Below, piece after piece: positions 15,824 through 29,780 of a DNA stretch of 64,000 nt (position 1 is the first letter of the stretch; each line of letters begins with the position of its first letter). Made by a program: the position numbers and the translations under genes. The notes under the pieces are model-generated. The model worked only from the letters and a program-made list of their open reading frames with translations. It had not been told where the DNA came from and made no database searches. This stretch comes from Polymyxa betae A26-41 (Eukaryota > Protista > Endomyxa: Phytomyxea). Location: the NCBI GenBank assembly GCA_003693705.1, contig RBZT01000125.1, positions 124,001 to 188,000 on the forward strand. The letters run 5' to 3'.

Positions 15824-16893
15824 CATTCGGGAATCGGCACCCACCAAGTCGACCTCATTCAGCAAAATGGATCATATGCCGTATCGACAGGACTACAGAG
15901 CTCTAGCGTTTGTTCAACACGACTACAATTTTGAAAGTGAAATTATACTTTAATACATTATCTAGATTGTACGACATCGCTATTGAAAATAACAGTTAGC
16001 CAAGGCCAGCATATATAATTTCCGAAAACTCGGTTAAAGGCTCAGTTTCAGCCAGCGGTGGGGCTAGAAATTTGCCCTAATTGGATAAGGCATACTGTCA
16101 ATCAGGGCCGGACTTTACGAATGTCAGGACAGAATATCATCTCCAAGGAGGATCTCTGGCCTCAGCAATCTTTTATGATGACGAAAACGTCGATGCCCCA
16201 AGCCTATTGTAGAAGCAGTAATCGCTGCCATATCAATGTTGCAACAATCTGAAGATCCGCTAGATTGCATCTCTTTGGTGTATCTCGCACGGCGATATAG
16301 ACCAAAACCAATACCAACGAGAAAATGACATTTGTAGAGCAGAGGGTTGCTGAGCGCGTCTCACGTAATACTGGAGTGCAAATCATAGAGGCCATTGGTT
16401 GATGGGGTGGCCTCCTGACCCATAGTCATTAAGATAGCTGTAGCGACTCGACTATCATCATGTGTTAACCCAAAGGTAACTCACTATCCGACAAGCTTGG
16501 CTCTCTCTAAGCATTGCGATCATAATGTAGAAGATAGAGTACAGGTAGATTGTGTTTTCTCGATTGTACATGATGATGGCGTGTACTGATGCTTCGTTCA
16601 CAACGTTTCCGCCCTAGATCCAATACCAGAAACCACTTCGCGATGAAACGAGCGTATTGATATCACATTGTAGCAGAATCCCTGCATGTTTGCGATGATG
16701 TCCAGCCGCGATGAAACTCTTTGTATTAGAATGAGATAGGCGCTGGGGTGGGTCTGCTACCCCAATAATACGTTACATGTGAGAAGAAGAGCGGGACCAG
16801 GACCAGTCCAGCCTCTTCACTAGACTGCGTACTCAGAATCAGCTCTGCATCTTGATCCCATTTATTTTTCTGCCTTGTCACCAATAGCCCGAT

Positions 16894-17955
<1,062 letters not shown>

Positions 17956-18022
17956 GCTTTGGAATTCATTGAAAATAAATACAATTCTCTACGAATATAT
18001 TTACAATCTTAATCTTACGCTT

Positions 18023-20003
18023 CTAAATTAAAAACGGGTTTTCAACATTAGCATCTTTGGGCTCATCTGAAGGTTTGAGAGGCTTTAAATAAAAGCCTTC
18101 ATCGACTCGATTTCGGAATAAAGTTATTTCCTCCCTATTCAAGATTCAGCTAGGAGTACCACAGGTCACAACGAAGTTACTCTGTCATTGGATCATGGGA
18201 AAAGCGGCAGTCGACTTCTCGACAAGAATTTTGCAGATGGAAAAACTTGCAAGGAACCTGATGAGAATGGCTGCAGTCCTCGCCTTTTAGGCATGATCCC
18301 ATCATGAAATAGCGACAAATTTCCGTTCTTCTTACTTGAGCGGCATCATGGCTGAAAGGACACTGATCGCCCTTGGAACATCGCATCTCCACCCAGAACT
18401 GGCACGGCGTACTGAATTTCTGAGCAGGCCGACTAAACTCAGGTCTGGGTTTCTTTAAAGCCGGTGTCTTAGCCTTGGTTCTCTGAGGGCATTTGCGTTT
18501 CCTAGGCGATGGCTTCGTTATGTCCGCAAACGCTTTGGTGAAGTCGGAGACAGGCACCAGCGAATCTTGACCAGCGGCAAGAGTCGAACTTCTCTCCTTC
18601 CTGAGTTCACTGGCGATCTCTTGAATAGAGACGTTATCCTTGTGAGCAGAACAGTCGTCAACTGTATTCTTTGTAGCGTCTGGAATGGCCTCAGAGCGAG
18701 AAGCAGGATTCGGAAAAACGGTAGGCTCCGGTTCGTCTAAATCCAGTGACAAGTCAGATTCCAAAAACTCTTTATCCGGCGAATCATCTTTATCAGACAG
18801 CTGATGCCCATCCGGGCTTCTGGCAACCAATGCAATAGGCTCGGGCTGTTGCTCAGGAGCAGATGCAGCCGAAGCACCATCCAGCTCCAGATCAAAATCG
18901 GAGTCAGAATCACTAGATACCATTTCAGCGTTGTCGTCCTCCTGCACAATTGCATCATTGTTTTTGTATGGAGCCTCAGGCAGGGCCGACAGTTCGTGCT
19001 CCATAAGAACATCGTCAATATTGGCATGACTGGACTGCTTATCAGTAGAAGTATCTCTATATGGATATTCAGGGCGGGTCGACAGTTCATGCTCCATGAT
19101 AACATCGTCAATGCCGATACGACTCGACTGACTCTCAACATTATCGAGCATTGGAACAGGGCTCAGTCGTCTTTCCGTATCCTCTACGACGTTCGACGGT
19201 TCGTCTCCATTACATAGCGATGCTTTAGCCGGCATTGTTTGAGAGTCTCCAGCTTTTTGCGATTGTAAATCGAAGGACCCCTTGTGCACTGGAGTGTCCA
19301 AGCTTGCAGCGAAACCAGACGTGGCCACGATTGGTTGCGGTATTTTAGTCGGCTGGGACGTTTTGCATTTCTCAGAAGCGCTGACGACTTTACCATCGGC
19401 AGAGGCAGCGATTGGTTGCAGCTTTTGCTCATTCAGCGATTCCGCTGCAACGCCCCCCGATTCAGATTGAATGATTTCGTCGCCATATGGCAGAGTGCTT
19501 GGCAATTGAAGCTGGATAGTCGCGTCGGGCCGATCAACAAGACGAAACCAAGTACGCGGCCTGATGCTGGAGATCGGAGGAAACCCAATCAGAGGAGCGA
19601 TCCGCTGCCTGATGAGCTGTAGAAGAGACGAATCACATTTGGGTGTCTTACAGGTCTCCAGATCGGCCATTAACTGTTTGCGCTTCTCACTGAATAGGAT
19701 GGGGTCGTGGGGTAGCCCCAACTCACCCTTTAAACACGCGGAGAAGAAACTGAACAGACCATCGGGCATCGACGACTTCGCCTTGGTAATGTCCTTCCAG
19801 ATCGAAGCGGGAATGGAGCGGCGCCCTTTTCCGACGCTGTCCTTCTGGACGGATTCAATAGCGACCGGAAGCAGACGCGGTACATCGGAATCTTCGGCCA
19901 GAAATAAGGCGATCAAGTTACGTAGTGTTGCAGGTGCGTATCGTCTGTAGGATTTTCTGGAATGGTTACTGGGTGCAGGACCAGGTTTGGGTTCAGATTC
20001 CAT
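18023..20003 (-). CDS. CCCH zinc-finger protein with three C-terminal fingers (ZC3H4/6/8-like architecture)
   Basis: CQFWVEMRCSKGDQCPFSH, CRYFMMGSCLKGEDCSHSH, CKFFHLQNSCREVDCRFSH; basic PRKRK NLS-like motif; short last exon after an intron near 18180. Confidence 0.85.
18966..19112 (-). repeat. Internal coding duplication with a 93-nt period
   Basis: IDDVIMEHELSTRPEYPY and IDDVLMEHELSALPEAPY lie 31 aa apart. Confidence 0.8.
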
Positions 20004-20368
20004 TGAGCCAGAGATGAAATTTACTGACTGAACACCGAGACGGCACCATCTCAAAGGTCGCAGTTTTTCGCAATAATTTGCGTGAACTCATTAACATGAC
20101 CATCTGGATTAATCATGAAAAGGTTCGCATAAGCAACGTACGGAACCAGCTCCAGATACTGGACGGCAATACGTCACTGCTTGTCGGCCGAGTGTTGAAA
20201 AACTTGACACCGAAGAGAATCGATTCTTGTTGCATCTATTCGGAATCATTTCAGAATCGATGCGTGATACAGCGATGTCTGTCTGTAAATTGTCCTTGCT
20301 CTGAGATTATCATTTCCAACAGTGTCGCGAAACTCACGAACCGATCGGGAAGATGAATTTTAGAGAAG

Positions 20369-21090
20369 ATGGACAAATCGTTGCTTAAGGAGTGTCAACG
20401 TGACCACACGCTCGACAGTGATACGGGTGCGGCCACCATGATCCAGGCCCTACTGACGGAACGAAGCCAGAATAGGCCACACGATTCCTTATTCCACGAC
20501 CGCAAACGATCATCGATCAGTCGATCACCCGCAAGAAATTCCTCCGGTGGTTGGAGCACAACCTGGAAGGCTACGGGGAATGACGGGACTGTAGGATAGG
20601 AGGAGCGACCGAACTGAAAGAGATGGGGATATCCGACCATATAAATCAAGACGATGGGACGGTGGACATCAAATTGCTGCATGTGCTACCAGCGCACGAA
20701 TCCCGCCGAGATTCTCGAGGCAATACGCAGAACCCTTGCCAAACCCAAAGACACTAAACTAATCATAAGCGTTGAGAACCCCTGGGCCAGCTTGGAATCC
20801 AAGAGCGGAATCCAAGAGATATGCTCCGGGCTCTAACGATGATGAACACAGCTGTTGCAGTTACGGCGAGGAACGAAGCTTGGAACAGCAATCGAAGGTT
20901 TCCGCTGCGGCCTTTCAGTCAGGAGTCTACTACGGTCTTTTCATCAAAATAACACCAAAATCAAGATTTGAAAGGTTTGAAGCTTTTCCACAGTGTTAGG
21001 CCAGTCAAAAAGCCGGTTTTCTGCCAAACGCAACTGTACGAGATTGGCAGAAGCAGTATATACAATCGGATGACGATTAAAGACATTTAG
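20369..21090 (+). CDS. Possible multi-exon hypothetical protein
   Basis: A chain of short open frames starts at MDKSLLKECQR; exon structure and 3' end are unresolved. Confidence 0.25.
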
Positions 21091-21918
21091 CGGTCTTGAT
21101 GTGAAACCGCCCAAGATGTTTAATCGACAGTTCACAGTTTCATGCCGAGCTGTAATCGCATGCACCTCAATATTTGAGATTGTTTTCCACAGGGATCGGA
21201 TTTCGAAAGGGAGGAATCATTCGGGCGCCATCATCTCTGTATCTCAAATCCGCACAGGCCATTTCACCATCCAGCATACGATGGATGATATTTTGTTGTG
21301 CCGGTTTCAAACCAGACCATAGACCGGCGGGAAACTGCATTCTGAACGATATTTGAGCAACCTTAGCGGTCGCAATTTCATAAACGTAGAGCAGCATGCC
21401 TGATTTGTGATCGAAATCGTCCTTTGTTCAAACAATCTTGCTCGAAAACAACGAAATCAGCTCTATCACCATACACGATGGTTGAATGCAGTCCCATTCC
21501 TCGAGTCGGCTCTATAGCTTACAAATTTGTAAAAGAAGTTGTTCAGCTCTAACAGAGCCTCATTTGCTGATGGAAAAGAAATCCGAATGTCTCGGACGCA
21601 ATCGGTCAAATAATTCACACCACAAACCGTACGAGATACAGCGAATGGATCAGATTCCGAGGCGGTTTGAAAACGATCGCCGCCTTAGAATCTTGCTGCA
21701 CTCCAAAATTCAATGCGGTTGAAGTGGTAGAAACATCGATTTTATCTTCGGTTAAGAAAGAGGTTTTCTTCCGCATCGAACTGACAGACATGCAGATTAG
21801 ACCAGCTTTCACCAGCAATAGATTTCCCAGCAACCGACATTCGTTATGAAAACAGAATTGCGATCGTCAGGTACTGTACCTAATCGGCCCCGATTACCCC
21901 CGAGAACGTGGTGTTCTA

Positions 21919-23715
21919 ATGAGCGGAGTGCCCCGGGAGATCCTACGTTGGCTTCAAAGCCTGGATCTGTCATATTCAGTGAAGAATCCACGTCGTGATC
22001 TAGCTAATGGATTCCTGGTCGCTGAGATCTTCTCCCGATACTATCGCCATGATCTCTCCATGCACTCGTTCGAGAACAGTTTCAGCCAGAAGCGCAAAAT
22101 CGATAATTGGCGCTGCCTGGAGCGTTTCTTCAACAAGGCGAAGATCCCGATCTCGCGCTCTGTTATTGATCGTGTTCTCGTAGCAGAGCCCGGTGCCGCC
22201 ATCCAGCTGTTAAAGACATCATACACGCTGCTCACCAACAAACGCATCCCGTCGCCGGAACCATTCGACGAGGACGAGTTCCTGCCGCCATTCGCGCGTC
22301 CGACCGCCTCTGCGGTCGTTAAAGAGAAGGTGCACGACGCCGCCGGCGATATCGTGGCAGAGAAGGAGATGGCGATGAAGACGATCGAGGCACACGAGAG
22401 CGTCCTCCGTCAGGATCGTGTTGAACACCCAGATCGATTCCATGATAAGAGACCGACCCGGGTCGCTCAGCACCTTCTATCACCAGAATCCGGAGCTGCT
22501 GGACGCCCTTTGAAATCGCAACAGTTCGTGAAGCAGGTCGTCGTCAAACAGATCGACGCCCATCAGATCGGTGAACTGCAATCATCGCTGGAGAAGACGC
22601 GCCAGGCGCCCAACGACACCGCCGCCGTGGTCGCCGTCGCCCATCCGCCCACCAAGACCGTCAACGACGTCTTCGACGAGGTCGTCCAGCGACGTCTATC
22701 GCGCCCCATGAAAGCCGCCGAATTCGTCACGTCGGTGGCGTCCCTATCCGATGGGGTCGAGCTGGCCCTGCAGGTTCTGGCCGATCTCTTAGACCCAGCT
22801 CTGATCCAATCTGTATCAGAGATCGCCTTACAGACAACAACGCAGTTCTGGGCGATGGTGTCGCTGATGTCCCCCCTGCTGCAAGGACGTCATCAATCGT
22901 TCATTGTTGTTCAGCGTAGTGCTGCACAGTTGATGGGACAGATCGGCAAGGCCATGTCGCTCTGCGATGCATTCCGAGCTCGCTCTCTGTTCGCCGATTT
23001 CGCCCTGCCTATCGTCATTGATCTCCTCTGTAAAAGATCACCGATCTCGGCGGATCTTGTCATGGCCATGTTCTGTTTCGGACCTGCCACCATCGATGGC
23101 CAACTGGATATTATTCAGCGGCTTCACGAAGCACTGAAATCATCGCCTCGTTCCGATTCGGATCTGTTCGTTGGCGTCTTAGCAGATATCGTCCAGATTC
23201 AGACAGATTTCAATAGTCGTAGTGTTGATCTATTCTTATACTATACAATGATGGGTATGAGATCATCATCACCAATAATACGAGCATCAGCCTTACGTAT
23301 TGGGGCCCATCTCGCTACATGTCCAGGGGCAGTCGAACCGCTCGTACAGGCCCTCGACATATTCGAGGAATGCGCATATGAACGCTGGGCCCAGATCCAG
23401 GTCGAGCTGGTCCGCCTGGTGACCGCCGTCCTGGCCCAGCTGCCGGATGGAGCTCGCGCTCTGGATCAGATCCGACAGATTCTGTTGATGGTGGTGGAGG
23501 CAGCATCGGCGTCGACTCTGGTGGCGGTGGTCCGAATTCTGGCGGCGTGTTCGTCGCAGCATGCGGTCGCCCGCGATGTGTTCGAGTACGTCGTGCAGCA
23601 TCACGAACATGTGAGGAGGACGCTGCTGGCAGATGATGGAATGGGTAGGGACCGAGTCCCGGAATCCGTTCTGGATACGATTCGAAGAATGTATGCTGAT
23701 ACTATCCTAGCGTGA
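21919..23715 (+). CDS. SPATA4: SPATA4/SPEF1-family calponin-homology (DUF1042) flagellar protein, intronless
   Basis: MSGVPREILRWLQSLDLSYSVKNPRRDLANGFLVAEIFSRYY...KIDNW followed by a helical-repeat-like C-terminus. Confidence 0.85.
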   Translation: MSGVPREILRWLQSLDLSYSVKNPRRDLANGFLVAEIFSRYYRHDLSMHSFENSFSQKRKIDNWRCLERFFNKAKIPISRSVIDRVLVAEPGAAIQLLKTSYTLLTNKRIPSPEPFDEDEFLPPFARPTASAVVKEKVHDAAGDIVAEKEMAMKTIEAHESVLRQDRVEHPDRFHDKRPTRVAQHLLSPESGAAGRPLKSQQFVKQVVVKQIDAHQIGELQSSLEKTRQAPNDTAAVVAVAHPPTKTVNDVFDEVVQRRLSRPMKAAEFVTSVASLSDGVELALQVLADLLDPALIQSVSEIALQTTTQFWAMVSLMSPLLQGRHQSFIVVQRSAAQLMGQIGKAMSLCDAFRARSLFADFALPIVIDLLCKRSPISADLVMAMFCFGPATIDGQLDIIQRLHEALKSSPRSDSDLFVGVLADIVQIQTDFNSRSVDLFLYYTMMGMRSSSPIIRASALRIGAHLATCPGAVEPLVQALDIFEECAYERWAQIQVELVRLVTAVLAQLPDGARALDQIRQILLMVVEAASASTLVAVVRILAACSSQHAVARDVFEYVVQHHEHVRRTLLADDGMGRDRVPESVLDTIRRMYADTILA

Positions 23716-23903
23716 GTAATAAATCGATTAGGGTTTGTCCCAGCAAGGCCATTTGTTGCACCTTATTTTGACCAACTCTAGCAGTTCCAAATCGAGATTT
23801 TTATCGCGCACAATAATATGCGCGCAGTAGTTTGGAAATGCCTTGCGCAGTTTTTACTTTTTAGATTGGGTCGCGCAGTATCTCATGTCGTTTTGTCAAA
23901 CCT

Positions 23904-24710
23904 ATGGCTGGCGTCCGGTCGTTCTGCCATTTAGGCCGAGTTCTATCGAGATGCAGGGTGTCATCATGTGCTCCCCGGTCTCAATCGGGTTGCATGTCCA
24001 CGATGGCGGCGAGCGTATTTTGTTCGCATCGTCCTTATAGCCAGTCATGTTGGAAATGTGATCATCGATTGCGGTGCCCGGTGGCATTCTGTCCCGGCTG
24101 TGAGACGATCCAGCCGCCGCCCAGTAATCTGCAGAATGATTTCGCAATTCTTGGGCTGCCGGAATCCTTCGATATCGCCCCAGAAACCATCTCAACCCGA
24201 TACCGATTGCTGGCCAAACAGCTACATCCAGACAAATACGAGAACAAATCTGACCAAGAACAAGCTATATCTCGTCAATACAGCACAGAGATTAACAGAG
24301 CATATCGAACGTAATTATCTTCCATCTGTTTTTGTTAATTGTCTGAATGAAAATTCAGACTAATTGATCCTGTATCACGGGCTCAGGCTCTGCTGGCCGT
24401 CAAGGGTGTTCGGGTTCGTGATGGCGAACAGATTTCAGATTTCGAGTTTTTAGAAGAAATTATCGAACTGAGAGAAAAGGTTCTGCGATTCACCTTCTGC
24501 GAATGACGTTTTTTAAGCTGCTTACAGGTTCAGGATGCGGACCCAGACGAGCTCGAGGAGATCAGGGCGAAGACTGTCGACGATTTGATTAGCCATCAGA
24601 ATGATTTCCGCCAGGCTTTCGCTGATAATGATCTGGAAGCCGCCAAGGAAGCTGTCATCAAGCTTATCTATAGAACCAGAATTATGTCGGCTGTCTGCAA
24701 CGATTATTGA
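23904..24710 (+). CDS. HSCB: Mitochondrial Fe-S cluster co-chaperone HSC20/HscB, 3 exons
   Basis: CWKC...FCPGCETIQPP metal-binding motif, J domain LAKQLHPDKY, EINRAYRT|LIDPVSRAQALL. Confidence 0.92.
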
Positions 24711-25169
24711 AGTCGACTATATGGATGAGTTATCCGATTGCACTGCAATTGCTGGACGTTGATGGTGATTCGTCCGTGATCTCCGTGAATCGCGTATCAT
24801 CCGCCTGTGTTCAAAACTTCGACGTTGTCGGCTGATAGGATTTATTCGTTTCTGGACGATTCGATAGTCCGAGCCTACATACCGCGCTCCTACCAACATG
24901 AATCTATTTTGATCGCAGCTCGAGCATGGTATCATTTGTATGCAATAATAAACTCTTACAAATCTCATAAAGTGCGCGTACCAACTTAACATAATTCAGA
25001 ATGTTAGTAACTGAATGAGTTGTAAAAAATATAGAATGTGCGTAATAAAGTGCGTTATACAACTCATCTGCTGATAACCTTACCTTCCTATTACAGTACC
25101 TTCACTGGATTCAAATCAGCTTCATCAGATAACCCAACAGTGACCGGCGCCGTCCGACGTCCACCCATC

Positions 25170-26552
25170 ATGGCCTTCTTATTTGGCAGAGGGAAAAAGA
25201 CACCTGGAGAACTAGCGAAATCCACCAAGCAGCTGCTGGTGACATTCCAGACTGGCAATGAGGCCGACCCTAAAGTACTCGGATAGCAAAGGCCCTATCA
25301 GATTACACCCTAAAATCCTATGTAGGCGTCGGAGAAGATCTCTCAGAATCTGTCTTCTATGAAGCTTATGCTATATGGAGATGGTGATCATGAAGCTAAA
25401 GGCGAACACGTCGATAAACTGAGTTAGTCAGCTGTTTCGCTTCAAGTTTCCTTCGTTGCTTTCACAGCTCTGTTTCATGTTTTTTATCTATTTCTTTGAC
25501 TGTTCAGCTGATTTCCTCGATGATAGTTGAGGAGCTATATACAAACGATCTTCTTCTGGATCTTCTCAGGAATATCTCCAAGTTCGAATTCGAAGCTCGC
25601 AAGGATGTCGCCATGGTCTTTAACTTCCTCCTACGTCGCGGCCAGCACAATCTCGCTGTCGAATACGTTCAAACGCATCCCGAGATTCTTCAGCTTCTCG
25701 TGAACGTACTGGCCCGCGCACCTACCGCTCTCTAACGCCAAGCTCACTGAATCCTATCGCAGGGATACAACGACTCGGAAATCGCTTTGAATTGCGGCGC
25801 CATCTTGCGAGAATGCATCCGTCATGATTCGCTCAACCAGATGTTTCTGGAATCGCACGAGCTCTTTTATATGTTCTTTGATTATGTCCAGGTTGGGCCA
25901 GCGTTATTCCAAAGCCTTTTTGCTGAGCGCGTTGCTGTTTTTGCAGAAAACTAATTTCGATGTCGCCTCTGATGCGTTTGCAACGTTCCGTCAATGCTTA
26001 ACGAAACATAAGACGTTCTCATCGATCTTCTTGGAGAAGAATTACGACCAAGTTGGTGTTCTTTGTTGAGGGTCATTTTTTCAGACATGGCTGTTATTGA
26101 ACGTATTGTAGTTCTTCCCGTTATACAACGACCTGATTCAGAGCCCGAATTATGTCACGAAACGACAATCGTTGAAACTGCTGGGTGAGATCCTGCTCGA
26201 TAAGAAGAACTATGCCGTCATGATCAGATACATCAATGATCCTGCCAATCTTCGAATCATGATGAACCTGCTGAGGGTTCCATCCAAGACGATCCAGTTC
26301 GAGGCGTTTCACGTCTTCAAAGTGTTCATCGCCAACCCGAAGAAATCGCAGCCGGTCCTGGATATCATCATCCTGAACCGTGACAAACTCATCGATTTTC
26401 TCAAGACGTTTCAGAGCGATAAAGACGACGATCAGTTCGCCGACGAGAAGAATCTGCTTCTAGCGACATTGTCCCGGATCGAGGTGCCGGCGACGGCCGC
26501 GTCGCCGTCGTCCGCGTCCGTAGATAGCGATCCGAAACCAACCGATGATTAA
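25170..26552 (+). CDS. CAB39: MO25/CAB39 (Hym1) scaffold protein, 6 exons
   Basis: [74 protein letters not shown]. Confidence 0.96.
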
Positions 26553-26832
26553 TGGCCGGAGCTTGGTGCGCTGCAGGGGGCCAGCACGTATCCCGGAACC
26601 GTTTTCTGCGATTCGCATCCGCTTGTCTCGGAACAGTAATGGCCCGAGTTTTCTCTGCTCTAATTGCGGTACCGTTTTCGTTAAAGATTTATATCAGTAA
26701 ATGGCAGCGCGTCAGTGTTAGAACTCCCCTAGAACCCTAAACCCTAGCAAAAAGTGATCTTACCAGTTCACCATACGACAATGCTGATAGATTTATTTCA
26801 TGAAGAATAGCCAATGGATTCCAGAACCGGGT

Positions 26833-27168
26833 TTATTGCTCTTTCTTCGATTCCTTTTTATCGTCCACCATCACTGGAAAAAAATAAGCTGAAAGAAGGC
26901 GATTATGAGATGACGACCGAACTCACCTTCTGATTCTTCTTCGCGTCTCTTCTTGGCTTTGTTCGCTTTCATTCCTAAACACAATCCGGTTACCAACATG
27001 GAGCAGATGGCCCCAATCAAACGTACGTTTTTCACACTTCTCGACGAAAAACGCGACGACGGCAAGGACGCAATATAGGAGGACAACGAAGATGAGCGAG
27101 ATCAGTGTCGGATGGTCGTCGGCGAAATCGACCAGGGCTTGATAGATTCGCTCGTTGAGGTCGACCAT
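26833..27168 (-). CDS. Small single-pass membrane protein (~76 aa, SMIM15-like layout), 3 exons
   Basis: MVDLNERIYQALVDFADDHPTLISLIFVVLLYCVLAVVAFFVEKCEK|RMKANKAKKRREEESE|VMVDDKKESKKEQ* via two GT-AG introns. Confidence 0.65.
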
Positions 27169-27568
27169 CGTACTATGACTGCAGTCGGCGGCGATGACGA
27201 ATTTTCCGAAAAAATTCCTGCGGATGATCGACGGCGCAATCTGGGAAAATCCCCAAATACGATCGGCTTCCCTGCTGTATATAATAGCAGTCGAACGAGA
27301 ATGTTAATACGAATCAATAAACAATCTGCAAAAAGACTTCTGAAAGACTAACAGAAAGAATAACAAAAAAAATCAATTTTCAATCGCTTCCAAGGCTCTA
27401 TCAAAGCGATATCGCCCATAACTGTGCTGTCAGCAGGTGAAGTTAATCATGTTTCAATATGATGATCGGGATTCGCCAATTCAGAAATTTGTTGGAAATT
27501 TGATCAGATACAAAGTCCGTGACGGACCCGATCAAGGCGTCTCCAGAAAATCTGACAAATATTTCAGG

Positions 27569-28333
27569 ATGGCGGGCTCGTCGTCGTTCCTGAAGATCGG
27601 CAAGCGCCGAATCCATAAAGAGCGATCGCAACCACAGGCGCGGTCTAAGCTCGGTCTGCTTGAGAAGAAGAAAGACTATGTGCAGCGTGCTCGCGATTAC
27701 AATCGCAAGCAGGATCATCTGCGTCATCTTCGTGAGATCGCCTCGTTCAAGAATCCCGATGAATTCTACTTCGCCATGATCAACAACAAGACCGTCGATG
27801 GAGTCCACGTCGCCAAACGTCATATCGATCCAGCTTCCAGAACTGCCTCCGCCCTGAAACGCTTCACCGAACAGGATCTCGCCTATCTGCAGACGAAAGC
27901 TCAAGAGGAGCGTAAACGTATTCAGAAGCTACAAAGCAGCCTTCACCTTCTGCAAGGCGCCCGCCTCAACAACCACACAATCTTCGTCGATCACGCTGCC
28001 GACCTCGAGAACTTCGACGCCGCCAAGCATTTCGATACGCTTCCTGAGATGGTCCAACAGCCGTATTTCAGGCCGAGAGTATCGCAGCTCGGCCAGCACG
28101 ACCTGCGTGACGATCTACCCGATGCCAACGCCCGACTTCGCGAATACCGCCTGCTAGCAGCTCGTCTCGATCGGCTTGAGCTCATGGAGAAGGAGATCGC
28201 CGCCATTCAGCTGCGTAAGAATCTGATGGGTCGTGGCCGTGCTCGTAAACTGCCAGGTCCTCGTGATCAGTTTGGTGAAGAAGACGAATCTGCACCTGCA
28301 ACTTATATCTGGCGTGCTGAACGTAAAAGATAA
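27569..28333 (+). CDS. UTP11: U3 snoRNP-associated protein UTP11
   Basis: HKERSQPQARSKLGLLEKKKDYVQRARDY, NPDEFYFAM, C-terminal YIWRAERKR. Confidence 0.96.
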   Translation: MAGSSSFLKIGKRRIHKERSQPQARSKLGLLEKKKDYVQRARDYNRKQDHLRHLREIASFKNPDEFYFAMINNKTVDGVHVAKRHIDPASRTASALKRFTEQDLAYLQTKAQEERKRIQKLQSSLHLLQGARLNNHTIFVDHAADLENFDAAKHFDTLPEMVQQPYFRPRVSQLGQHDLRDDLPDANARLREYRLLAARLDRLELMEKEIAAIQLRKNLMGRGRARKLPGPRDQFGEEDESAPATYIWRAERKR

Positions 28334-28905
28334 CAATACAATCTTTAGTGTTAAACGCTTTGCCATCGTTAACTGTTTTTCTCGAAGATACTCAGAACTT
28401 TGAAGGATTTGAAGCCAGGAGATCGGACTACTTCAGATTAGGCGTTTTGAAAATAGCGGCGCCGGATGACCGCGATCAGCAAGCTCAACCCAATCTTCTA
28501 GGAAATCTACAGAGGGGAAATATCTGACATCCAGGAAGTTTAGATCAGGTTTGCAGGGTGGTCTCCAAGCTGCTCTGCGGCCGTTCACCATCACCATCAG
28601 ACGGGCGAATACCTGCTGGAAAGCAATCCTCCATGTCATTCTTAAGCAGTGTAGCTTAACAGTTGTAATCACGATCTCAATTGATACAGCATTTCATTTT
28701 CGTGAAAACAAATTCGTAATCAAAGAGACTTGAGCGAACCAATAGGCCAGTATGGGTAAAAATACATCATGGGAAAGGCATTGACAAGAGAAACCTGATT
28801 GTGACATTTTTCGTTATTTACGGTTACAGTCCGATAGATTTGATGAAATATCTTTTTTAGAACTTTGGTCAATTTTTCCAATAAATAATGTTACATTGCC
28901 GGCAT

Positions 28906-29593
28906 CTATGGCACAGAAGCCGGCTTTGCCACTTTCCGGTATTCGAGCGCCTTCGTCACCGGGCACTGCATCTGCTGCCAGCTGCTCACAATCAGTTACG
29001 AACAGACCGAGAGAGAGATGGGATCCAACACCGACCTGACGGGGATCATCGGATGTCCAGCCGAGCTATGGGCGACGATGACGCCCAGCGCGTCATTGGC
29101 CGTCGTCAGGAAATAGCTTCTGCTATCGCCCAAGGAAATCAGATCGGCCAAGACGATATCTCCAGGACGGAAACAGTTGGCGATCTCGACCGAATCCTTC
29201 TCCAAAGCACGAACATCCTGAGACCTGATGATGGCCGGGAATGGTTCCGGTAGAACGCGATCGCCAACGCAAACGATCTCGGCCGATGCGAATCGAATGC
29301 TGTGCGAAACAATCAGCGAGAACAACCCCATCAAGACAGAGCGCCGGGTCGTACTTGATCTTCGTGACGCGAGCCGTAACACGATCGCCGACGCTCGGTA
29401 CGACGCCTTTCGCGCGCTTCCTGTCGATGGAGACGACGGGCAGCTGGGGAGCGGCGGCCGCCTCGATGACCACGGTCCCGATCACGGAAGCGATGATGCG
29501 ATTGTGCAGGACGTAAGTGCCATCACCTGGTCGGTAAGCGACGACATCCCCCAGAACTGCACCAGGAGCGACCACATCCCTGGCTGTGACCAT
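28906..29593 (-). CDS. EXOSC1: Exosome cap subunit CSL4/EXOSC1, 3 exons
   Basis: VVAPG...GDGTY, VPSVGDRVTARVTKI, CFRPGDIVLADLISLGD, MQCPVTKALEYRKVAKP. Confidence 0.93.
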
Positions 29594-29780
29594 CTCGATC
29601 ACCTCAACAAACTGCGAGAGAGAGAAGATCTGCGTCAATTCTGACCGATTTTCGACAAAGAGATAAATTTGCAGCAAGAAATGGGTTTCAAAAATAATTG
29701 GATTTTATGAATTGGACGGACTCGAATCAACAGAGAACGTGCATGATCATAGAATAATAAAATAAGCATTATAACGACGA

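Noticed and set aside
15830-16720. Possible small minus-strand gene (GTGAGT donor near 16483)
   Set aside because: I found no splice path that gives a convincing open frame.
23805-23880. Four GCGCA words upstream of HSC20
   Set aside because: The motif is short and I did not see it clustered at other promoters.
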